DNA of 54,235 nt, filler included, from Sluysia triapertura (GCA_046118255.1; 4 parts of 4 records of this genome joined end to end with filler, not necessarily neighbours in it), one strand, 5' to 3'. Numbered from the whole stretch's first letter, positions 14,604 to 27,384 are shown. Notes: generated from the sequence alone by a model not told the origin. Program-made: numbers and translations.

Positions 14604-14784
14604 ACACTACACCAAATCTTAAATAAAGTCCCAATTTTTCCCCTTTAACAGAAAATACTATATCAGAAGTCTTTTCATTACCACGACCTGCTTCTTCATA
14701 AGTTTGATGACGATTGATATGTAAAAATATTCCAATTGAAATTAACATTGTTATCACTGACGAATACATAATCAACAACAGTAA
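14604..14784 (-). CDS. OTOP: Otopetrin proton channel, second exon seen in window
   Basis: Acceptor ttctag, donor gttagt. Encodes LLLLIMYSSVITMLISIGIFLHINRHQTYEEAGRGNEKTSDIVFSVKGEKLGLYLRFGVV, containing the otopetrin LYLR.G motif. Phase 0 in, phase 1 out. Confidence 0.82.
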
Positions 14785-16388
14785 CTAGAATTAATATTTC
14801 GTATTGTTAATTATTGTAAATGAAAATGAAACACTATTTATACACTTTGAAAAGTAATGCGAAAAAGATAAGTTCTATAATAAATAATATAAATCGATGA
14901 AAAAGTGAAGATAAAACAATATTCCAATGAAAATAATTTTCTGGTTTTAAATTGATGTATTTAATCCGAATTTATGAGAAACTCGGTTTATAATGTTATA
15001 AGGTAGAAACTGAATTTATAATTACTTCTTTTGCTTAATTTTTTGTTTTATATTTTATGTTTTATATATGTTTTATGTTCTGCATTTTCGCTGCAAAATG
15101 CAGAATATTTAAACTATTATCATATATGTATATATCTCTTCTTTACTGTAAATTAGAGATTTAAATTGAACTCGTTTTTCGTCACACGCAAATATTCGCT
15201 TGACAGATCTTTTTATCTAATAGAATTTTACAGTTTCATTTGCGATGAATGTAAGTGATTTACAATAGTTGATAACGAATGCATAAATTAGTAACTAATG
15301 AACATTACTATATTTGTAATTAAATCTTTTAAATCTTTTAACCTGCGGCAGGATTCGCTTACAGTAAACGTCTCTAACAAGTGAATTAATAACTTATCTA
15401 AATATAAATGCTACGTGGCTAGGGTCTTAACAAGTGCTCAAAAGTACAATTTTATCAGAAAATTTTAATAATATAAACTTTTAACAATTAAATAATGCAA
15501 AAACGTTAATTTTATTTATAAAATGCAAAATTGTAACAATGATAGTGGTAAGACAAAAGAATATAAAAATAATTATTTTATTAGAGCGTTTAATCTAATA
15601 CTCAAATATTTTAAGTTGATATTAACCCTCAATGTTTACAAATAATATTAGACTTTTGTGTATATTTTAAAATTTCAACTTCTAAATTTTAAAATTAACC
15701 TTTTAAATATATAATTTACCAAAGAATGGATTTGCTGTTATCCAGTAAACATTTTCCAATCTTTTGAATTACTGTGAATTGCAAACCGTTACTAAAAATT
15801 TACAATTCCTCGACAAAGAAATTATAGAAACGAATTTTCTTTTTTTCGAAAAATAATTTATTTTTTGGAAAATAATTATTTCTTAAGTGATTTTAAAGAT
15901 CTATAAATAGTTTTAAACAATTTTATTTGATTTTAAATAATTTTAAACTGTTATTATGTCATTTTAAATTATTTTCCAGGGTTGTGATGACATCATAACA
16001 AAAAAATTAAAAAAGACAAAATTACTTTTTAAAAAATCCAGCAGAATTTGTGAACCAATCCGAGGAGCATCAATAATATGTAAAAAATAATGAAGAAAGG
16101 TCTATCACAAGTCGATTTAATAGAAGCGATAAATTCATTTGTTAAAGAAATATCTAAAAACGATTGTGCAAGGTTTTAATTGTTTTTAGTTTCATTGGTG
16201 ATTTTAGTGTTTTTTTTACCTTACAGAGTTCATTTATATTGTATCGGTGTATAATTTTCAAATACAAAATCAGATATAATCTTAATTAACTTGTTCTAAA
16301 TTTATCGGTTTTATCTATAAAATATTTTTCCATGTTTTTCCAGAAAATTTATTACAGAAGATTAATTTTAAAATTAAAAACTACTTAC

Positions 16389-16509
16389 ATCTAAAGCCAT
16401 GTGTACCCTTTCACCGGAATACATTTCTGCAATTGACAAAGAAAATGGTGCTGCGAATACAAGACTTGCATAAAAGAACATAATGTTTTTACCAAGATTT
16501 TTATGGAAT
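16389..16509 (-). CDS. OTOP: Otopetrin proton channel, first exon seen in window (TM1); start exon not in this contig
   Basis: Acceptor atttag, canonical donor gtaagt. Encodes FHKNLGKNIMFFYASLVFAAPFSLSIAEMYSGERVHMALD; its phase-0 end joins the next exon in frame. Confidence 0.75.
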
Positions 16510-16929
16510 CTAAATTTGTAGTAATCATAATAAATAATAAAAATAATAGTAATTAATAATTATAATAATAATTTAATAATAATAATACGATTTTTTAGTA
16601 AATGTTTTAAGTATTTAATCTACCTAAATAGCTTTATTGTTTAAACTTTTATAATATTATAAAAAGAGTTTAGTATTTGTGATGGATTAATGATGAGAAT
16701 AAGATTATAAACATTTGAAATTAAGGTACAATAATTGATTGTGTGAAATTGAATTAATTTTTTTAAAAAGTACTATTAAAACCATATTTTACTTATAAAT
16801 ATTATATTTTTTCATTATTTTATCATTTAATAAATTAAAACGGAAGACTGTTAAAAGCCTAAGTTTACAAAGAATGTCAATGTTAATTGATTTTCCCATA
16901 TGCATCTTGCTGGATCATGTTTCGATCAC

Positions 16930-17029
16930 NNNNNNNNNNNNNNNNNNNNNNNNNNNNNNNNNNNNNNNNNNNNTTAATTAATTAANNNNNNNNNNNNNNN
17001 NNNNNNNNNNNNNNNNNNNNNNNNNNNNN
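16930..17029. other. Assembly gap with artificial TTAATTAATTAA linker
   Basis: N-run with a central six-frame-stop linker, identical in all three gaps. Confidence 0.97.
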
Positions 17030-17030
17030 T

Positions 17031-18011
17031 GAAAACTTAGTTCATGATGTGGCACGAATATTAGTTAAAGAGAATTGTGAAAACTTAGTTCATGATGTTA
17101 TACATATATTAGTTAAAGAGGATTTTGAAAAGTTAGTTCATGATGTTGCACTAATATCAGTTAAAAAAAGTCAAGCAGTATACGATAATCGTGAATGTTT
17201 ATTTTCTACAGAAGTCTACAGTATGCATTTTACAAAGAATGATGTAAACGAGGTGTTCAGATGTAAATACGATGAATTCAAGTCAATGCTCTATGATTCA
17301 TTCAAGCTGGTCTACGGTGAGGTATTAAATGTCAATGAAGAGATGAAGTATGCAAATAGCCTAAACGTTTGCTCGAATCAAGTATTCAATATCAGAAAAT
17401 TCGTGAGCCCTAAAATTAGTCTGGAAGATCAACCGAACCATATATTTGGCATCAATACAAACACGAGATACGCGAGCAACTCCGATGGCGCAGCGAGATT
17501 ACTATTGGGTAAGAGTTATAATCCTAGTAATTCATCTATAAATATTAACTACGCTTTATTTTATTATCTTTCTTCCAGATACAAGTATCAACAATCTGAA
17601 TCTATGAAGAAGGGAATACCTCTGAGGTGCAGCCACAATAACAATTTATGTCTTATCGAAATTTATGCAATATTAATAAATAAGTCCATAAAACATTTTT
17701 ATTTCAATGACTTCAAATTTTTGTTTAAAATCCCATTATTGAATGTTGTAAAAAAGAAATTTTATCTCAACGCAAAATCGAATACTGTTACTATTGTGTT
17801 AAATAATTGTTACAAAACCTTGCACTGTAGTTCGATTTTTAGGATTGACATAACTTTGACTGACGCTTTCGTCAACGAAAATCAGTCAATTGTACTTTTT
17901 CCACAATCCAAAAGCTTTAAACATACCATGCCACTCAGCCATTATAGCAACTCGAAATCTCATCCAATAGATTTATCCATACTTACTATACTTCCATATA
18001 AGTTCTTCTAA
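17031..18011 (+). CDS. Intronless orphan ORF, 5'-truncated at the gap, with N-terminal 16-aa tandem repeats; possibly a retroelement or viral accessory gene
   Basis: Open for ~326 codons in very AT-rich DNA. Three 48-bp units (ENLVHDVARILVKENC / ENLVHDVIHILVKEDF / EKLVHDVALISVKKSQ) begin right at the gap edge. No domain recognised. Confidence 0.55.
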   Translation, partial: ENLVHDVARILVKENCENLVHDVIHILVKEDFEKLVHDVALISVKKSQAVYDNRECLFSTEVYSMHFTKNDVNEVFRCKYDEFKSMLYDSFKLVYGEVLNVNEEMKYANSLNVCSNQVFNIRKFVSPKISLEDQPNHIFGINTNTRYASNSDGAARLLLGKSYNPSNSSININYALFYYLSSRYKYQQSESMKKGIPLRCSHNNNLCLIEIYAILINKSIKHFYFNDFKFLFKIPLLNVVKKKFYLNAKSNTVTIVLNNCYKTLHCSSIFRIDITLTDAFVNENQSIVLFPQSKSFKHTMPLSHYSNSKSHPIDLSILTILPYKFF

Positions 18012-18567
18012 AATACTGCTTACAACTTAACCCTTAAGTGCGTAAGCACAGCATAAATTAAATTAGATTTAGCATTTCAACTTTAACAGTACATAAACTA
18101 AAACCAACATTTTAAAGTGATATTATATCACAAATAAAACTTATTTATGTTTATAATTATGAAAATCATTATTCACAAATAGTTTAGTTTCAAATTCTGA
18201 ATTAAAAAATAAATTAAATGTCCATTTTATAATGAATTGTTTTCATTAACTTTCTAACAATATATTGTTACAATTGTTTTTTAACAAAATTTTTTGTAAT
18301 ATTTTCATTGTAATTAAAATCCACATTTTCGAGATGTGTATAGTAGGTTAGTAATTGAGTTACTATAGTTGCATATAATGAAGGCAAAAAACTGAAAATA
18401 TTATCGCTTTTTATTATTATTTTATTGTCTGATTATGTATTTATTTCTATTTACAATTGAAAGTAGGATATTATTTTATTGTAACACTTATTATCATCAT
18501 TATTGCTTGTTATTATTTTATTATGGTAAAATTAAATGATAAAAATTAGCAAGAAATTATAATTTAA

Positions 18568-18792
18568 CCCTTTCAGCCCCGAATTTTTTTTCCTTAAGAT
18601 ATATGGTGATTTATTGTCTTTATAGATGATGCTTTAGGAAAAATGTATGAAAATTGTAAATATTAACGTGAAGTAAAATTATATAGGTCAAAGTTCAAAC
18701 ATAAATATCTATTGAAAAGTTACGAAAAAGTTAGTAAAAATTTGACAAAAAATCGCCATTGACGCCATATGGCGGTCCCGGGGCTGAAAGGG
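18568..18792. mobile_element. piggyBac-type MITE, 225 bp
   Basis: Perfect 14-bp TIRs CCCTTTCAGCCCCG / CGGGGCTGAAAGGG, with TTAA on both sides. Confidence 0.93.
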
Positions 18793-19151
18793 TTAAACTT
18801 ACTGATAATAAACTAACAAAATGAAAAATTTTAGAATCCGTCCAGTTTATTCTTCGAGATTAAAACTTCAAATTTGTCTTCCAAGATTGAAACTTTTTGA
18901 AAATCACCTTACCAAGATATTTTTAAACAATACAAACTTGTGAGAGATTTACAAAACAAAACTTGTAAATTTTATTAAAAATAAGCTTATTTATATTAAT
19001 TTTATTAAAAAATTTTTTTTGAATTAATATATTTTTTAATTTATACTTCAAATTCTTTTTTATTTAAAATAAAATTTAATTTAAAATTAAAAATATTAAA
19101 ATTTACAAAAATACTTACATTAAAAAATATTAAAAATCTAAATATTATAAA

Positions 19152-19340
19152 ATCAACCAAATAATCAATAATTATAAATAATTAAATATTGTAATCACAA
19201 ATAATGTTATAAATACAAATACATCAACCAAATAATCAATAATTATAAATAATTAAATATTGTAATCACAAACAATATTATAAATACACAAATAATGTTA
19301 TAAATACAAATACATCAACCAAATAATCAATAATTCAATG
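19152..19340. repeat. AT-rich tandem repeat, ~70-90-bp unit, ~2.5 copies
   Basis: ATCAACCAAATAATCAATAATT... recurs at ~19152, ~19223 and ~19314. Confidence 0.85.
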
Positions 19341-19409
19341 TTATAAACACATAATTCCCCGGACTAAAAAAATTAGTCCCTAATTTTATAAGTTAATGTC
19401 ATTCTAATA

Positions 19410-20733
19410 AGTCAAATATAAAATCCAGATAATATAATACTCATCTTCTGTTATGACTTCACCTTCACTGTCATCCAAATCAACATCCGGTGTTGAATGT
19501 TTCTTCGAAATAGCTCCTGGACGATTGATTTTTTTCAATGTTACCTGACGAACTGGAGATGAATTTGTTCTGGTTTTGTAAAATTTATGTTTGTATTTTT
19601 AATAGGCTTGTCGAATTGATAAATGTTTCAAGAATGATTTGTGTAGCATGTGTTTTGTGTTAGATCGTGTGAGTAATTAGAAGAAGAAGGAACAATATTT
19701 TTAGTTGTAAAATCTAAATTATCTTTATTTCTGACAATCTGTGGCAGGAATAACACAAAGAATGTTAAATATGGAAATTGAATCACGTGTATCTTATTCG
19801 CACGCAAAAGATCGTGGGAAGGAAGAATAAAATAATTGTAAAATTTTCCTAGCTCTGCTAATAAGGTTTAATGAAGTAAACTTAACAAAACTTGTACATG
19901 TTAAGTTGATTAAACCCCTTAACCAACCATAAGGAATCTTAAAAGTCATAATGATATCCGGGTAGAAAGAAACCAGAACTTTATTGTATAATGAAGAAAG
20001 CCAGAACTGCCTTATTTCATCAATGTTCTTAGCATTTTCTAAATCATTCTCTCGCAAACCGTGGTTAATTGTTAAAAAAATTTTAATCGTGTTCCTCGGA
20101 CGAATTGACTCTTCAGAACGATGGTGATACATTAGACTTTTATTATTTGGTGTTTGTCTCTAAAATCAAGAACAAGTTGTGCCGCTATGAATACTAAGTT
20201 GGCTTTTTCTGCTAGAGATATGAGGTGTGTGAGTAAATGTCACACGTTCTTTCCATTTATATAAGTTGCTTAAATCTGACTTGTATAAGAGTGGGCACTT
20301 ATTCAAATTTAATTGTTCTTCCTCTTGGACAAATAACACGGCATATGTCGACAGTATTTCATTTGCTTCTAAGTAAATTCTACATTTTGATGATGCGTGT
20401 GTTTTATATAAAGAGAAGAAACTTTGTTTGTAATCGCATCTTCAGAGGAATGAAATCGTCATAGATAGTAATTTTAAGATTTCCTCTAGCTGCCGCTATT
20501 AAAATTGGTCTATTATTTAGAGGAAAACCTTGTTTATTAATAACTAAGGGAGGTTGAACATTTCCTACAAAAAGGTAAGTGACGAAGGACTCGTCGATCT
20601 CACACTTTAGTATGTTTGGGGCAGTCTTAGACTTGAATAAAATAATGGGTGTGTCATTCTGACCACAGAAACAGTCGATCCTGTTGTAAAATGGGTGTAT
20701 GTTATTTATTGTCTTTGCTTGTGGTTGTGACAT
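19410..20733 (-). pseudogene. Frameshifted, intronless orphan ORF remnant (~440 codons)
   Basis: ORFs 20404..20733 and 19794..20132 are bridged by open stretches in other frames (SSLYIKHASSKCRIYLEANEILSTYAVLFVQEEEQLNLNKCPLLYK; LISLAEKANLVFIAAQLVLDFRD). It ends in an acidic tail (PDVDLDDSEGEVITEDEY). GC is higher than in the flanks. Confidence 0.5.
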
Positions 20734-20906
20734 TTTATCTGAACAAAATAATACACTTTATAAGAAAAAGAAAAGGTTTACATTAGATAATTTAATCGTT
20801 AGTTTATTTTTATATTATTTTTAATTATTTAATACCTTATGTATTTTAGAAATAAAAAATTTAATTTTTTTCTTTTTATATAAACCTGCCTTTTTATACA
20901 GACGTC

Positions 20907-21185
20907 TTATTTGTCTGCGAAGCCTATTATACTTCTGGGATTTATCGAATGTTTATTATTTTTCTGCTTAATGTATTTCGGTTGTGTTATTACCACCTCT
21001 TGAATTTCTATGCGTTGGTTAAGAAGATGAGGCGGCATTTTTTCCAAAATGTATGAATGTTTCAATCTAACCTTATAAAAAACGTGAATTTCTTCAACGG
21101 AAGTTCTGCACAATTCATATATTACGTAAATGGGCAATTCATATATTACGTAAATGAAAAATGAAAAAAGAGATTGATTATGCAT
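20907..21185 (-). pseudogene. Short orphan ORF remnant co-oriented with 19410-20733, with an internal 24-bp duplication
   Basis: IYVIYEL is repeated twice (CAATTCATATATTACGTAAATG x2). No recognised homology. Confidence 0.3.
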
Positions 21186-22509
21186 TTAAAATGAAATTTA
21201 TGTGAACAAGGGTATGTCTTTGTGTAATGTTTATGTATAGAATGTTGGCAAATGGAACATCGAGTGAAATACATTACTGAAATTTAAGAAGGAAAATAAA
21301 AATATAATAATAATATTTTAAAATTAATTAAATGGTTAATTAAAATACTATAGTTATGATCCTAATTATGTACATTGCTAAAAACTCCGAAAAGTATTGA
21401 ACAATAATTTCGTAAAGTTAGGTGACTGGTTGGACAGAAAACACCGTTAACATCGATCACTCGTAAATTTTATGTATTGTTCAGTATTACACTTTAATCG
21501 TAGGTGTCATCCCTAGATATATTTTTATGGTTTCAGTCATAAGATTAACTGCAAGCAAAGCATAAAGAGTGAATATAATAATGCAAAGATAAATGTTGAT
21601 TTCAAATTTTCTTTTTATGTCATTGTGTTTTAAAATTTTAAGGTTAATAAAGCTAATTTTAGTAAATTTATTTGGTATTTTGGTTGTTTCTTCAATTTAA
21701 TTACATTATTCTATTTTAGTTTACTACTTATATTTTCATTGATGATGGGTATAGCTAAATTATATGTTTGTGCAGGTGACAAATTGTATATCTTATTGTT
21801 TCGTTAGTAAAAAGTATCCATATGTATATAATTGGAAAAGTTAACTTAGGATGACAGTAATACAATTGTCTGTTTAGGTGGTATTAATTCAAGAATTGTT
21901 TCTCTATTAGTCCAATATTTTATTACAATTGAATTATTTAACAATGGATTGGTTATTTTAATTAGATTAACTTCATTGATTAATGCTGTTATGGAGCAGT
22001 TCATCCATTGTTTACTAAAACCATCAAAGAATAAATAGGGTTTGGTTTGAATTCAATGATATTGAGTATGTATTAATCGATTCATTAGTTCGATTGTTAT
22101 TTTAACTTTATATAGTTGAGATTCGAACAAATCTTCACAGATTATAATCTAATATCTTATAGTTGTTTTGTGTGGTGTAGAAGTAGTGTACCAATTATTT
22201 AAGCAACATTTAACAGATAAACTAATTAATTTCTGGTCTATTTCCTTTGCAATGACTAATATCTCGTCTGAGCTTGGGTAGTTAATTGTATATCATTACA
22301 AAACATTATCTTACTTAACTTATTTGTTGCCATTTTAAATGAATCTGTAGTGGTTATACAAGTTAAACAAATGTATAGTAAACAAATGTTTTCCACTGTA
22401 ATGGGTTTGTAATCTTATAACGCTCATTCTTGAAAAAATGGACATGCGCCCTAAAATAAATCATTTTATTATTTTACGAAATTCGGGCGTTACGCCCCTA
22501 TAATTTCTC

Positions 22510-22510
<1 letters not shown>

Positions 22511-22580
<70 letters not shown>
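22511..22580. repeat. (ATT)n microsatellite
   Basis: Direct reading. Confidence 0.95.
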
Positions 22581-23270
22581 GGTCTTAAGACCTAACAGCC
22601 ATTTACCTTTTCTTGCGTTTTATGTTTTTCATCAACTTATACAGTTAATGAATTGTGTAGGAGTGTTATCGCGCGGCATTATTAATCATTTCTTTGTAGG
22701 TTTCAAAAGCTTGAATATTATTATTATATTATTATTATAAAATTATTACTATTATGCTTTATGCAGTAGTACCACTTATTACTTGTATTTATTGTTATAA
22801 TCATTATTTCGCATATTATCAATATTATTGTTATTATAATTATGGCACAACCTAATACTTGTTTATTGTTAATACTTGAATATTTTTACTAAACGTTAAA
22901 AAAGAGCTATTTTATTCTGGATTTAATGGAAACGAACGTGTTTAAATCGCACAATTTGTTAAATTTATGAATATTCATTTGTTCATATGTTTACTATATA
23001 ATTTTCGTTAAGTTGATTATTGCTTGTGAAATTCGGATACATATAATCTTCTCGATCCGATGCTCGAAGGAATCATTGTCTAGGTGATTATTTAAAATTC
23101 TGTAAGCCATTGTTTTATGATTTTGTCAATCCATTCTTATATTTTGTTATTTTCTCACTGAATTTTAGTCATTTTTAAGTCTTATTTTTGCGAAGCATAT
23201 TTTAAAGTTATTTTTAGATAATGATTATTTTATACATTTAAGTTTCACTTATTGTATTTCATATTCCAAG

Positions 23271-23816
23271 GTATCATCAAGTGAAAATGGCATTATATTT
23301 GGCAATATTGTATACGATGTTGGTGGTGCTGCAGGTGAATGCAATTGTGTGGTGTTAAATGAAATACATATTGATATTCTTGAGTATCTCGAACCTGCAG
23401 GATGCTCTCGAACTGCTTATCGCAAAATGTGGACTGAATTCGAATGGGAAAACAAAGTAACTGTGAATACCAGAATATGTGACTTACACCAATATTTGAA
23501 GCATATTCAACAGCACACTAATATGCGATGCTTAACTCCTGCTGAAGCTATGCGAGGTCAATGTGATTATTTGTGTGTGACACTTTATGCACGTAGTGTG
23601 TTTGGTGAACATGTTTTAGCTAATTTGTGTTTAGAAAAACCTCCTGGTGAGTGTGAACCTGTTACTGGTCATTTGAGAATTCGAGCGAAAAGTCAAGGTA
23701 TGGCTGTAACTATGGGAGAAAAAGTAAGTGCGGCTCAGAAATTAACTCCAACTTCGGAAGCTATTGTTGGTCTAGAAAAAACAAAAATAATAATGCAAAC
23801 GGATGATGATTTTTGA
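23271..23816 (+). CDS. COPB1: Coatomer subunit beta, terminal exon
   Basis: Acceptor ...atattccaag, then [36 protein letters not shown]...[15 protein letters not shown]...TNMRCLTP...LYARSVFGE...[13 protein letters not shown], matching the conserved beta-COP appendage domain. Upstream exons not found in the window. Confidence 0.95.
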   Translation, partial: VSSSENGIIFGNIVYDVGGAAGECNCVVLNEIHIDILEYLEPAGCSRTAYRKMWTEFEWENKVTVNTRICDLHQYLKHIQQHTNMRCLTPAEAMRGQCDYLCVTLYARSVFGEHVLANLCLEKPPGECEPVTGHLRIRAKSQGMAVTMGEKVSAAQKLTPTSEAIVGLEKTKIIMQTDDDF

Positions 23817-25572
23817 TAGTCAGTGGGTAGGAAATTTTTTATTATTTAATGACTTACAAATATGTTAATATAACTTGTTTTTATTTGATTTGTAAAATGG
23901 AATAGAAGACAAGATAAAATGGTATTTTATATATTAAGTGATAATTTGGGCTGGTTCAAAACCGATACAATTAATTTCTAACATTACAAGAAAATTCCCA
24001 AGATTATATACAAACTATAAATTTGTATACAATTATTCATTATCCCATTTACGTCTTATTTCCATTATTACTCATTTTTATTTTATCTTTTATACTTTCA
24101 CTAACTCTTAGTAATAAAATTTAATTTTTAACATAATTATTGATAGATTTTAATATCTACAAACATTCAGAATATGAACTCAAAGTTTTTAATAGATTCC
24201 TACAATCTTAACTCAAACTTTCACTTAACTAACAATAGCTCTAAGAGATTCAATACTTTCATATAATTATTTTATTAGTAAATACTGACAGATACAATCA
24301 TTTTCAAGTGTATGATTTGCAAATTGTGAATGATCTCGTCTTTCTGAATTTGAAATGATTGTGCTGCTTTATTTACTTACTATTTTCAATTTTAGATTAA
24401 TTTGTTTAACAATGCTCTAGTGTTTTAATTCAAATAGTTAACAATAAAAATTTTACTTAAACGATAATTACTTGCAATTATAACTGCATTGATATATTAA
24501 ATACTAATAGCAATATAGTAATAAAATAATAAATATAATAATGGTATTTAAAAAATAATTATTTAAAGTTTCAAAAAATATGAAATAATTATTATTTAGT
24601 AGTTTGCTATCCACTACTGTGAGTAGCTAAATTTTAACTAATAATGATAAATCGAAATTACAAATATATTTTGAAGGCAACAATTTATAGACAAGCATGA
24701 GAATTACATAGAATGTATGGTTTTATTAAAATAGAAATGAAAAGTTGAGATTAGTGTGTATGTAGTGCAAAGTTATTAAAAAGATTACAACTTATAGATA
24801 CCATTACGAAGGAAGGTAGTATGCTAGGATAACATGACAGTTCGAATTTTATGTGAACTTATTTATGAAGGCAGAAATAAATAAGGACATAATAAACGAC
24901 AGCTGAAGGATAATGCTCTAATAGAGTATATATAAAATGATTAGTCATACTTTGAGATAACAAATTACAATATTATGATTTATAGTAACTGCAATTCCGA
25001 CATTTAATTTGCAATGGTTTAATAGTAATTGAGTATAAAGTCAAATAATAATATCGAGTTCGGCGAGGTGTATCTTGTGTTTAATATATTGTTATCAGGA
25101 TATTTTAGACTTAGATTAGCTTTTTTATAGAATACAAACGTTTATGAATATGTTGGAGTAAAGGACTAAACAACCTAGAATAATAAACTATAATAAAACA
25201 AAATTGTTAGGCGGGGCTCGATTCTCGGTCGGTCTTTTTATTGAAGTCTAACAAATACCTAAGGAACTTGAATTCTTGAATCTAATCAAAACTTTAAAGT
25301 AATATAAATCTTTCATCTTAATCTTAAATTTATCACCTGACGATTTCAATAAAAGATTATCTAATAATAAACTTAGGTTCAGATTTCTTTCAATCTGACT
25401 AGCGGATTTTATTGTTTTTAAAAATTAATCTCCTAGTAACTTTTAAAAATTATTAAACGCAGTATTTTACTGTTTGCGTAGTAGGAAACAGACCTACCAA
25501 AGAGCAATAAAAAGTAAAACATGCGTATAAATAAACAAATAAAAAGAAAAACTAGTAATTCAGATTTTGAAA

Positions 25573-25636
25573 TGTTAAACTTCGTCAAATGGACAACTGG
25601 GAATCGAACCTCAGACTTCTGGCTGCGCAGTTCGAT
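25573..25636 (-). mobile_element. 5'-truncated copy of the tRNA-containing TG...CA element
   Basis: Minus strand ATCGAACTGCGCAG...GGTTCGATTCCCAGTTGTCCATTTGACGAAGTTTAACA aligns to the 3' half of 31178-31324. Confidence 0.75.
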
Positions 25637-26099
25637 AAATTGAAAACTTTTATTTTACGACCAAAACAAACACGTACATAATCAAATAATGTGGTACAAG
25701 AATTATAAATAAAGGGATCACATTTATATAAAAAGTAGTTAATGTAATAAGGCTGATACTGATTGTCCATTTAAGAAATTGTTATTCGTGCTGCTGCTGC
25801 CACTTGTGCTGTTGGTGATAAGGAAAATGTTAATTATTGTTGTTGAACTATACCACAAGCATACCATTGATAAGTCAGAAAAAACAAATAAAGATATTAA
25901 ATCACAATCACACCAATGATAAATCACAGAAATAAAGAAATGAGAATTTAGGAAAATATAAAAATAAATGAATACAAAGAAATACAAACAATTGAATACA
26001 AGATGAAAAGAAGAAGGAAATGAAAATGTAAAAGAGAATATCAGTTGTATAATAGATTAATTATTCTCAAAAACCAAAAGATTAAAGATTAAAAGTCCC

Positions 26100-26690
26100 A
26101 AGATAGAGGATAAACAAACGCATTAAAGTACCGAGATTAAATCACATATGACAACAATATTATTTATGTGGGATATGGAAGGAAAGGTCCTTGTAAGTAT
26201 TAAAGGAGGATTCAATGGAAAGTTTGATACACTGGCGTGCTAAACCAGTTATATCGGCCCTACGGAAACCTAGTTTTTCAGAAGGATATCATTTTCAGGA
26301 TCCCAAGAACCAAGTGCTCCAACGGTAAGCGTGTCAAGGGAAACCTGACATTTAGTTGTATTTGGAGCTTATCTCTCAGGTCAGAATATTCCGTAATATT
26401 GAAAATTCGGGCCCCCTTAAATTTCTCATAATCATTAATTGGCAACTTGACGTCAATGAGAAAAAGTTGGGAGGAATTGGTACCGTGCACTTGTATATCA
26501 GGTCTTCGGTAATGTTGGAATTAGTGAAGAGCAAAAGTAGATATAAAGGTTCAAGACTCAGGATAACAGAATAAGGTGAACATTATTGAGGAATTAAGAG
26601 AGGGGATTATGATAAGATAAGTATGTGAAATACTTGAATCAAGATAAGTCAATGAGAGTTAAGAAGAAATAACCTTTTGTAAGGTTTTAT
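26100..26690 (-). repeat. Dispersed repeat with decayed coding-like sequence; 26510-26690 is homologous to 43387-43575
   Basis: Minus-strand AAAACCTT...AAGG.TATTTCTTC, TTATCTTGATT.AAGTATTT, CTTATTCTGTTATCCT.AGT.TTGA and CTTCACTAAT.CCAACA occur in the same order at 43387-43575 (+). Confidence 0.65.
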
Positions 26691-27287
26691 TTGTTAAAAT
26701 ATTAAAATGCATTTGTTAATTAACTTAATTAAAAATTATTTAATTTGATAACTCAATAAAAAATGTTTGCTCATGATATAATGATATCAAATTTTGCCTA
26801 TATGTTAAGTTTTATTATTGGTTTTAGTAATGAAGCACGTCAACATAGATAACGTAAAATTAGTCATTTTAATTAATTTTGTAATTTAAAATTAAAGATT
26901 AAATATGTTCCAATGTCTGAACATTAATAAAGCATATATCAGATTAAAGCTTTTAAAGAAACAAGTCAGTATACGCTCTTGAGATTGCCGTGTAACGTAC
27001 CGTTAACGTCTTATATATGATATAAAATATTGTTATTAAAAGAAGTTTTATACTAGATTATAAATATAGGTAAATTATGATGATAATAATTTTTATATCT
27101 GTTTGTATAATTCCAATTGTGATATTAAATTGTGATTTGATTATTTTAAAGAGATATGGGATTGTTCTTCACAAAACTCATTATTTGTAGATAGTTGTCA
27201 GGCAATCCAAAGTCGGAAATTCATTGGAAATTTCATTTAGTAATGGGTCGAAATACAACGGAATCTAATAAAAATAGCATGTAGTAG

Positions 27288-27384
27288 TGTTGGGGTAAAA
27301 GCATAAAGTGCCCTGTAGCATCGAACTGCAAAGCTAGAGGCCCCGGGTTCGATCACCGGTCAGTCCATTTTACAAAGTCTAACA
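27288..27384 (+). mobile_element. Internally deleted copy of the tRNA-containing TG...CA element
   Basis: Begins TGTTGGGGTAAAAG...AAAGTGCC, keeps box B GGTTCGATCACC, ends GTCTAACA. Flanks GTAG / ATAG (4-bp TSD with one mismatch). Confidence 0.8.

Noticed and set aside
16974-16985. TTAATTAATTAA palindrome recurring three times
   Set aside because: Artificial assembly linker centred in N-runs, not biological.
20040-20090. IFLTINHGLRENDL as a tyrosine-recombinase box I (TGLRxxE) motif
   Set aside because: No HxLR/H/Y box II motifs found downstream; one short motif is insufficient.
22420-22510. GC-richer segment abutting the (ATT)n tract as a transposon terminus
   Set aside because: No matching opposite end or TSD found in the window.
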